Of a stretch of 64,000 nucleotides of DNA, positions 57,961 to 64,000 are shown piece by piece. Source of the stretch: Candidatus Terrybacteria bacterium RIFCSPHIGHO2_01_FULL_48_17 (GTDB lineage: Bacteria; Patescibacteriota; Minisyncoccia; Terrybacterales; 2-01-FULL-58-14). The stretch's first letter is position 1. Every line of letters starts with the position of its first letter. The DNA lies in NCBI GenBank assembly GCA_001822835.1, contig MHSS01000004.1, forward strand, positions 7,186 through 71,185, in the 5' to 3' direction. The position numbers and the translations under genes were made by a program. The notes under the pieces are model-generated. The model saw nothing but the letters and a program-made list of their open reading frames with translations, was not told where the DNA came from and did no database searches.

Positions 57961-58485
57961 TCATGGCCAGGGACGGTTCCCTTTTAACGCGATCCGCTGC
58001 GCGCGCGCGATAATCTCTTTTACTACTTCCGGCCGGTCTACCTGCTCAAACGTAAACACGTTTAACTCGCCTGCAGTTTGCGCGCGAATAGTTCCAAAAT
58101 GAAGTAGGGTTTCCACAAGACCTCGTTGTTCTATCGTAACATCCTGCAGTCGTGAGAGATTTAACTCCGCAACCGTGCGGTTAAACATGCCCTTTTGTTC
58201 AATATGTACAATCCGTTCGTTGGTAATAATAAAGACGTCGTAATAATAGTTAATCATGCCGGCAAAGAGCCATAGCCATACCGTCCATTCAAAAAACCCG
58301 GAAAGAAACACATACGGCGTGATAAGCGCGCCACGAAGGATTTCAAGTTTGGGAGCCGCAAGAATTGCTGCGCCAAAAAGCGGCCCAAGCAGCAAAAGAA
58401 GCGCGGCTGCCCAAGTTGCGGCAAATACAAACCACGTTTTTCTTCGAACGGCTAAAATATCTTCATTCTTGTGGAGTTCAATCAT
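57961..58485 (-). CDS. bacterial PH domain (YdbS/YdbT-like) membrane protein
   Basis: two TM then PH-like domain. Confidence 0.65.
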   Translation of the reverse strand: MIELHKNEDILAVRRKTWFVFAATWAAALLLLLGPLFGAAILAAPKLEILRGALITPYVFLSGFFEWTVWLWLFAGMINYYYDVFIITNERIVHIEQKGMFNRTVAELNLSRLQDVTIEQRGLVETLLHFGTIRAQTAGELNVFTFEQVDRPEVVKEIIARAQRIALKGNRPWP

Positions 58486-58523
58486 TGGTTAGCAAATAGG
58501 GATTAGAGAATAGAGAATAGGGG

Positions 58524-58745
58524 CTATTGTTGGAGGAGTTCGGGCAGGGAGCTCCAGGGAGTGGCAAGAAATGATGCAAGAATCAGAATAGCCCAAACAA
58601 TGGTGCCGACAAGAAATAAAACAAGCAATTGCCTCGAACGGTCGCCCTGGACCGCATATTTTTTAATATGGTATACGATGGCTGCAGAAACTGCGCCAAA
58701 AAATAAAAGACCCAAAAGCAGAAAAGCGGCGGCGAGGAAAAACAT
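58524..58745 (-). CDS. small two-TM membrane protein
   Basis: 73 aa hydrophobic; flanked on both sides by GGGAATA-type repeats (58493-58524, 58753-58786). Confidence 0.4.
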   Translation of the reverse strand: MFFLAAAFLLLGLLFFGAVSAAIVYHIKKYAVQGDRSRQLLVLFLVGTIVWAILILASFLATPWSSLPELLQQ

Positions 58746-58785
58746 ATTCTATAAGGGAATAGGGAGTAGGGAATAGGGAATAAAA

Positions 58786-59814
58786 CTAGAAGAGCTTCGT
58801 ATTTCTGTTGTCAGGGGGTTTGAGACCCAGGTGTTCCCAGGCCTCGGCCGCTGCTACGCGTCCTCTCGGGGTGCGCAGCACGTATCCGATTTGCATAAGA
58901 TATGGCTCGACAAAATCAAGGAGCGTATCCTCTTCTTCAGAAAGCGAGGCGGCGAGCGCCTGGATGCCGGCTGGCCCACCCTTAAATTTTTCTATAAGAA
59001 TACGCAGGTATTCCCGATCGAGCTTATCGAGCCCTTTTTCGTCTATTTCCAGCATCGAAAGCGTCCGTTCGGTAGTGACGTCGTCGATGTTTGGCGATTT
59101 CGTGCCACCTTCAACTTGCGCCACATCCCGTGCGCGTTTTAAAAGCCGGTTGGCAATGCGAGGCGTTTGGCGCGCGGCTTTTGCGATGCGTTTTTTCGCT
59201 TGCGCGTCCAAAGATACCCCAAGCAATCGGGCGGATCGCCCAAGGATTTCTTCAATTTCGTCATCCGTATAAAAATCTAAACGAAATGCCTGACCGAATC
59301 GTGATCGGAGGGGGGAAGACAAAAGCCCTACGCGCGTGGTCGCGGCGATTAATGTGAACGGCGGAAGATTCAATTGCAGTGTACGCGCAGCTGTGCCTTT
59401 GCCAAGAATAATATCTAGCGTCCGCGCTTCCATCGCGGGGTACAGCACCTCCTCCACCATGCGGGGAAGTCGGTGGGCCTCATCGATGAAAAGCACCTCG
59501 CCTGGTTCAAGATTTGTAAGTATGGACGCAAGATCACCAACGCGTTCGATGGCGGGGCCGGAAGTTACGCGCATGGTTGCTGTCATATGTTTTGCAATAA
59601 GATGTGCGAGCGTTGTTTTCCCAATACCCGCGGGACCGTGCAGTAATATATGGTCAAGCGTACCTTCTCGTAAGCGAGCGGCTTGTATGGCGATAAGCAA
59701 ATTTTCTTTTGCCTGTTTTTGGCCCACATATTCCTCGAATACTTCTGGGCGAAGCGTTAATTCAAGGGTCGGATCTTGCGCTAAAGGGGCGCGAGGGCGT
59801 TCGCTTTTTGGCAT
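58786..59814 (-). CDS. ruvB: Holliday junction branch-migration helicase RuvB (start chosen at MPKSERPRAP; the track's 59979 start reads through a structured RNA region)
   Basis: ...LRPEVFEEYVGQ, Walker A GPAGIGKTTLA, Walker B LFIDEAHRL. Confidence 0.9.
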   Translation of the reverse strand: MPKSERPRAPLAQDPTLELTLRPEVFEEYVGQKQAKENLLIAIQAARLREGTLDHILLHGPAGIGKTTLAHLIAKHMTATMRVTSGPAIERVGDLASILTNLEPGEVLFIDEAHRLPRMVEEVLYPAMEARTLDIILGKGTAARTLQLNLPPFTLIAATTRVGLLSSPLRSRFGQAFRLDFYTDDEIEEILGRSARLLGVSLDAQAKKRIAKAARQTPRIANRLLKRARDVAQVEGGTKSPNIDDVTTERTLSMLEIDEKGLDKLDREYLRILIEKFKGGPAGIQALAASLSEEEDTLLDFVEPYLMQIGYVLRTPRGRVAAAEAWEHLGLKPPDNRNTKLF

Positions 59815-59823
59815 ATGGGATAG

Positions 59824-59852
59824 TTGACAAAAATATAGAAATCTGCTATAAT
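59824..59852 (+). promoter_or_regulatory. perfect consensus promoter TTGACA-17-TATAAT on the plus strand
   Basis: ttgacaaaaatatagaaatctgctataat. Confidence 0.6.
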
Positions 59853-59859
59853 TCTTTAC

Positions 59860-60058
59860 AGAGGAGCGTTTGGCGAGTTGCCGGCCCCGGCTCCGGTCGG
59901 GGAGGGGATATCCTGGCGGATGGGCCATCAGGCCTTGGCTCGATGGTTCCTCGAGGATATCCTTCCTCGTGGTTCCCAAGCCAAGAGATTTTCCGGCAAC
60001 TCGCCGAGCGTTTCTTTCGATTCGTCCCTCTTTGAGGGGCGATCTTTATTTTATTTTG
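59860..60058 (+). ncRNA. candidate structured small RNA of about 190 nt (6S-like architecture: about 20-bp terminal helix closing a structured core), ending in an intrinsic terminator
   Basis: 5' AGCGTTTGGCGAGTTGCCGG pairs with 3' CCGGCAACTCGCCGAGCGTT; internal GGATATCC palindromes; terminator CCCTC-TTTG-AGGGG + TTTATTTTATTTT. Confidence 0.4.
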
Positions 60059-61746
60059 AAAAGCTCCTCCATATCTTCAAGTGGTCCGGTGACGCGTTCA
60101 AGTTCTGCCGTATCGGTAGTGCCATCCAAGACGCGCAGCAGGCCATCCTGTTGCATGGTTACCATTCCACGTTCGGCTGCGGTCTTGCGAACCTCAAAAG
60201 TGGATGGCTTTTTAAGTGTAAGCGATTCCATTGCAGAGTCCATGGGGAATAATTCAAAGATGCCTACGCGGCCGCGATAACCGGTATTGTGGCATGCGGC
60301 ACATCCTTTTGCGTAAAAGAGCTCAAGCCCCTTTGAAAAGGTCGGCATAAGTGGCGCGGGAAGGCCCGCAAGAGCTTTTTTGATTCGACTCGTCATTTCC
60401 TCATTTAGGGTGGCGCTCGTTGCGCATTCTTTACAAAGACGGCGCAACAGCCGTTGTCCTATAATAAGCGAGAGTGCGGGCGCGATGGTTTCTGGTTTTG
60501 CGCCAAGCTCAATAAGTCGCGGTATGGCTCCTGGGGCATCGTTGGTATGGAGCGTTGAGAAAACGAGATGCCCGGTAAGTGCTGCTTGTAACGCGATGTT
60601 TGCGGTTTCTATATCACGCACCTCTCCTACCAAAACATAGTCCGGATCCTGCCGTACGATCGAGCGCAGCCCAACCGCAAATGTGTATTTAGCTTCTGTA
60701 TCCACTTGCGTCTGTTCAATTCCCCGAATGCGGTACTCGATAGGATCTTCGATCGTAATGATTTTTACTTTTGGCGTGGTGACGTGGCGTACCAAGGCAT
60801 ACAGCAGAGTAGTTTTTCCGGATCCGGTGGGACCGGTGGTAAGAATCATTCCATTTGGTTGTTTTAACCCTTCCCGAATTTTTTCCAAAAGATCTTGCCG
60901 CAGCCCAAGCTCCTCCAGGCTTAACAGGTTTCGCGGGTTTAGAATCCGAAGCGTTACAAACTCCCCGTATTTTCCCGGAAGGGAAGATGCGCGGATTTCA
61001 ATATCTTGTTGTTCTACATGGATGGTGAAGCGGCCATCTTGCGCGCGATCTCGTACATTAAGTTTTAATCCCGCAAGAAGTTTAAGGCGTTCCAGCACCA
61101 GGTTATACATTTCTTGTTCAAGCTCGGCGATGTCTTGCAAAATACCATCTATACGGAGACGAACAAGCGATTTTTTTTCTTGGGGTTCGATATGGATATC
61201 TGAGGCATCGGCAAAAAGCCCTCCTGCCAAAACAAGATTCACCGCAACTCCAAAATCTCGCGGTTCGATCTGTTGCAACAGTTTACGCAGCTCATCAAGC
61301 GCATTCAGTTGTTTTTTAAACGCTGCGATATCCGCGCTTGAGATGCTTACTTCTCCAGAAATGCGTTGGCCCCCACGAGCATATTTTTCATATTCTGAAA
61401 GAAGTTCCAAAAAACCACTTTGCGAGATAACGGAAAGTTTTGGTTTAAGGCCCTGTTGTTCAAGCTCCTCCAAAAACTCTTTTGTTTCTTTACGTTCGGG
61501 ATTGGGGGTTATGATACCAATGCCATGGTCTTCTTGGCTATACGGGAAAGCCAGGGCTTGCGTAAGCTTCTCTTTTGGATAACGGGACAACACCATGCTG
61601 TCGATAGAGACGCTTTCGTGTTGTGTAAAGGGAAGCTTGAGGCGTTGGGCAAGCTCTCGACCCCGTTCTTCCTCTTCGCGCCTGTGTAAAGCCGAGATTT
61701 TTTTTGCAACTGCATTTCGATCGTTCGTGCCGAATGTGTCTGGCAT
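60046..61746 (-). CDS. pilB: GspE/PilB-family secretion or type IV pilus assembly ATPase
   Basis: Walker A GPTGSGKTTL, Asp box, Walker B, His box, tetracysteine CxxC...CxxC. Confidence 0.9.
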   Translation of the reverse strand: MPDTFGTNDRNAVAKKISALHRREEEERGRELAQRLKLPFTQHESVSIDSMVLSRYPKEKLTQALAFPYSQEDHGIGIITPNPERKETKEFLEELEQQGLKPKLSVISQSGFLELLSEYEKYARGGQRISGEVSISSADIAAFKKQLNALDELRKLLQQIEPRDFGVAVNLVLAGGLFADASDIHIEPQEKKSLVRLRIDGILQDIAELEQEMYNLVLERLKLLAGLKLNVRDRAQDGRFTIHVEQQDIEIRASSLPGKYGEFVTLRILNPRNLLSLEELGLRQDLLEKIREGLKQPNGMILTTGPTGSGKTTLLYALVRHVTTPKVKIITIEDPIEYRIRGIEQTQVDTEAKYTFAVGLRSIVRQDPDYVLVGEVRDIETANIALQAALTGHLVFSTLHTNDAPGAIPRLIELGAKPETIAPALSLIIGQRLLRRLCKECATSATLNEEMTSRIKKALAGLPAPLMPTFSKGLELFYAKGCAACHNTGYRGRVGIFELFPMDSAMESLTLKKPSTFEVRKTAAERGMVTMQQDGLLRVLDGTTDTAELERVTGPLEDMEELFKIK

Positions 61747-61936
61747 TAGTTCTATTGTACCATATTAGACGCGGACGTACGCTGACTAAACGCTGACTTA
61801 CGCGGAATCTCACACCCACACATGATAGTAGTTTACCGTAGCGCAGGATGTGGTGAGCGTCAATCGTTTCTTGACGAATTAACCGGTTTTTGTTATCCTC
61901 ATCGTGGCAGTTTGACAATAGGAAAAGGAAAAAAAG

Positions 61937-62290
61937 ATGACGCTTTTTGAGTTGATCGAAAAGAAGTTGAGGTTTGCTTCTGTTAATACCGAGTCATGGG
62001 CGGATGTAGAAAGAGTTATCATCTGGTCTGTGCCGCATAAGCCCCGATTGGATTTTTATCACCATATGGCTCCGCGTGCCGTTACGCCCGGAGAAGCAAA
62101 GCACTTATTTAAAAACGTAACCATTAATGGGGCCTCCTCGGGAGATGACACCCTCCCTGATTTTACGGTTATCACGAAACGATTCGTGGTCTTTGTTGAT
62201 CATCGTCAGCATTCTGCGCCGAGCACATATATCGGTCCGCGCCGTACGCATGACGTACTCACAGCAGCTCCGCGTCAGCCAATACTATAA
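61937..62290 (+). CDS. hypothetical protein
   Basis: TTGACG-17-TATCCT upstream; terminator CCGCC-CCCAAAA-GGCGG + T7 at 62292-62322. Confidence 0.45.
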   Translation: MTLFELIEKKLRFASVNTESWADVERVIIWSVPHKPRLDFYHHMAPRAVTPGEAKHLFKNVTINGASSGDDTLPDFTVITKRFVVFVDHRQHSAPSTYIGPRRTHDVLTAAPRQPIL

Positions 62291-62340
62291 TCCGCCCCCA
62301 AAAGGCGGCATTTTTTTGGATCTAAGATACAATAGAGGCA

Positions 62341-62835
62341 ATGGTGACGAAAAACGATAACGAATTGGTTGCGCTTGGAAAAAAGACAGGAGAAGCCCTG
62401 CGCCAACAAAAAAACGGTCCCCTGGTTCTTGCTTTGGTAGGGGAGCTGGGTTCCGGCAAAACCACATTTGTGCGCGGGCTTGCGAAGGGCCTTGGTATTC
62501 GTGCGCGCATTACCTCGCCAACGTTTGTGCTGGCGAAACGGTATCGTGTGCCCGCGATAAGAAACAAGAAACAAGAAACAAGAAACAAACAAGATACAAG
62601 ATACAAAAAACAAGAAACAAACCGGCAATACTTTTGGCACATGGACGCGTATCGGCTAAAAGATGGGCGTGACCTTGCGGGCATTGATTTTGAGGAAATA
62701 GTAAGCGACTCCGCAAATATTGTTGCCATTGAATGGGCAAACAAAATAAAACGCGCGATTCCGAAAGGCGCGCGCTGGATTCGTTTTTTCCATTTACCCG
62801 GCAATCGCCGCAAAATAATTTTTTCGATGGAATAA
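62341..62835 (+). CDS. tsaE: tRNA t6A37 biosynthesis ATPase TsaE, with about 20-aa insertion encoded by AGAAACA heptamer repeats
   Basis: GELGSGKTTFVRGL P-loop, ITSPTF, HMDAYRL. Confidence 0.8.
   Translation: MVTKNDNELVALGKKTGEALRQQKNGPLVLALVGELGSGKTTFVRGLAKGLGIRARITSPTFVLAKRYRVPAIRNKKQETRNKQDTRYKKQETNRQYFWHMDAYRLKDGRDLAGIDFEEIVSDSANIVAIEWANKIKRAIPKGARWIRFFHLPGNRRKIIFSME
62558..62623. repeat. (AGAAACA)n / (AGATACA)n heptamer array inside tsaE
   Basis: gataagaaacaagaaacaagaaacaagaaacaaacaagatacaagatacaaaaaacaagaaacaaacc. Confidence 0.9.
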
Positions 62836-62941
62836 AAAAGAGGGAATATGAAATAAGGAGTAAGGATTCCGCGGCTGTCAGCGGAGAATTCACGAAACTT
62901 GCTTTTTCGGAGATGGGGTGATAAGCTCTGAATGAAGGAAA

Positions 62942-63556
62942 TTGAAAAAAGAAGAGAGAGGAAGAAATATGGCCCATTCTGTTTCTGCAGCACTTTGCTT
63001 TCCAGAATACGTAGCCTTATTTCAGGATGCTTTGCAGGCTGGCGAGAAAGATCGGGTTGCGACCGTAATAACCATTTACGCGCGTCATATTGCCGATGCG
63101 GTGCGCAATGACCGCGCAGAAAACCCCGTGAAGGCGTGGGAAGAACTCATGCAATTAAGCAAGGATTTGTTTGAAATGCACACGATTGCCAATCGGCTCA
63201 TTCTGTCCCGCAAGAACGTGCCCGATAGCGCGTTGGTCCATGAAGCAAGCGGTAGCATGCGAGCATTGCGCATGCTTTGTGGAGAATATATGCTGACCGT
63301 GATTCCTTCCGCCGTTCTTGATGAAGCAAGAAAGTACCGTACGATCCTCCTTGGTCTTCAAGGCGTCAATGATAAATGGTTAGATGAACTGCCGTCATTG
63401 TCCGGGTTTTCATCTGCGGAAACAAAATCCGCAGTTCATGCATTGAACCGTTACGGGTTTATTCAGATGACTAATTTTGGGAAAAAGCGCGGCAAGAGCC
63501 GTTTCGCAGTATCGCTTCTTCCCTTAGGGGAGGATGCCATAAAGTACACGCAATAG
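62942..63556 (+). CDS. hypothetical protein
   Basis: 204-aa ORF, terminator AAACCGCCC-TCGT-GGGCGGTTT + T-tract at 63568-63595. Confidence 0.45.
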   Translation: MKKEERGRNMAHSVSAALCFPEYVALFQDALQAGEKDRVATVITIYARHIADAVRNDRAENPVKAWEELMQLSKDLFEMHTIANRLILSRKNVPDSALVHEASGSMRALRMLCGEYMLTVIPSAVLDEARKYRTILLGLQGVNDKWLDELPSLSGFSSAETKSAVHALNRYGFIQMTNFGKKRGKSRFAVSLLPLGEDAIKYTQ

Positions 63557-63847
63557 TTTCCGTAATCAAACCGCCCTCGTGGGCGGTTTCCTTTTTCTTT
63601 CCCTCTTCCTCCATTTTTGCTCAAAGCGAAGAACGCAAGAATATGTCATGATGAAAAATAAGCAGCACGAGGGATGCGACGAGAAAAGTTCAATCTCTTT
63701 TCTTTTTCCTTTCCTCTCTCTGTCAGCAAGATATGTCATAATAAGAAGCGAGCAGCAGGAAAGAGCGCGAGGGGCGGGACGCCGAGCGGCCTTAAGGAAC
63801 GGAAGGATCCCTTGCAGACGCGAGGCGGCCTGCCCGAGCGCTTTGCT

Positions 63848-64000
63848 ATGCCAACGCATCTCCTCATCCTCGACACCTCTTCGCTTTTCTTTCGCGCATT
63901 CCATGCGCTTCCTTCGCTTACCTCCGCATCTGGAGAACCAGCGGGGGCCGTCTACGGTTTTTTAAGTTTGCTGTTTAAAGCAGTTGAACAACTTAAGCCA
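63848..64000 (+). CDS. polA: DNA polymerase I, N-terminal 5'-3' exonuclease domain (truncated by the window end)
   Basis: Manual translation MPTHLLILDTSSLFFRAFHALPSLTSASGEPAGAVYGFLSLLFKAVEQLKP matches the Pol I N-terminus. Confidence 0.7.
   Translation, partial: MPTHLLILDTSSLFFRAFHALPSLTSASGEPAGAVYGFLSLLFKAVEQLKP

Noticed and set aside
57629-57987. Plus-strand ORFs 57629..57859 and 57787..57987 in the GC-rich block
   Set aside because: Low-complexity Arg/Ala-rich translations typical of random GC-rich DNA, with no RBS. The region is better explained as structured non-coding DNA or RNA.
59815-59979. Long N-terminal extension of RuvB in the track ORF
   Set aside because: The extension runs through a promoter and a strongly structured region on the opposite strand. 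Canonical RuvB N-terminal spacing (about 20 aa before the LRP motif) is satisfied by the Met at 59814.
59870-60280. Plus-strand ORFs 59870..60280 and 59878..60252
   Set aside because: They overlap the pilB 3' end and the ncRNA candidate, have no RBS, and translate to low-complexity Arg/Ser-rich sequence.
61765-61800. Direct repeat ACGCTGACT x2 upstream of pilB
   Set aside because: It is too short, and isolated, to call a binding site. It is noted only.
4264-62623. Possibility that the short tandem repeats are CRISPR arrays
   Set aside because: Units are 7 nt, contiguous and without spacers, and no cas genes are present. They are not CRISPR.

Overview
This is a gene-dense bacterial chromosomal window of about 50% GC. 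The gene content suggests a Patescibacteria/CPR-like organism with a Gram-positive-type envelope. The evidence for that is sortase plus an LPXTG protein with DUF11 repeats, lamin-tail-domain proteins, proteins with TM plus TSP3-like motifs, and a compact set of housekeeping genes. The placement is inferred, not proven.

Housekeeping landmarks:
- cca, and a metal ABC transporter resembling znuBC.
- Three tRNAs (Arg-TCG, Lys-CTT, Leu-GAG), none with an encoded CCA.
- xerC/D-like recombinase, rpsO, an NYN-domain gene and pnp.
- comM/yifB, ksgA, and the conserved rpmH-rnpA-yidC-jag block lying divergent from dnaA-dnaN.
- DnaA-box-like 9-mers with one mismatch each (TGTGGATTA at 49241..49249, TTTTCCACA at 49310..49318 and 49375..49383) and an AT-rich stretch between dnaA and dnaN, so a likely oriC.
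- A DUF721/DciA-like gene, PBP1A, tyrS, ruvC, yebC, ruvB, a GspE/PilB ATPase, tsaE, and the start of polA.

Accessory content:
- A ~15.7 kb same-strand cluster at 26191-41906 looks like a minimal Gram-positive-type type IV secretion or DNA-transfer apparatus. It has an SLT+M23 cell-wall hydrolase, a polytopic VirB6/TrbL-like protein, a PrgI/VirB3-like protein, a VirB4 ATPase split into two ORFs, and a VirB2/TrbC-like pilin fused to a Cys-rich domain. No VirD4 or relaxase is visible in the window.
- A recurring AT-rich motif (AATTTCTAT) sits at three operon boundaries in that cluster.
- A small islet around two tRNAs holds a GC-rich two-gene module behind a perfect consensus promoter, a free-standing LAGLIDADG homing endonuclease, and a gene frameshifted at a homopolymer.

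The most unusual sequence-level signal is a family of tandem heptanucleotide repeats scattered through the window:
- The repeat units are GGGTACA, GGGGACA, GGGAATA, AGTAATC, AGAAACA and GTTAAGA.
- They occur at gene boundaries and also as in-frame insertions inside conserved proteins (PNPase, TsaE, KsgA, a Wzy-like protein).
- Two ~125-bp palindromic elements with 7-nt periodicity belong to the same pattern.

Strong consensus promoters followed by intrinsic terminators define at least one candidate structured ncRNA (59860-60058). Small proteins missed by the ORF track are rpmH and a 43-aa acidic protein.
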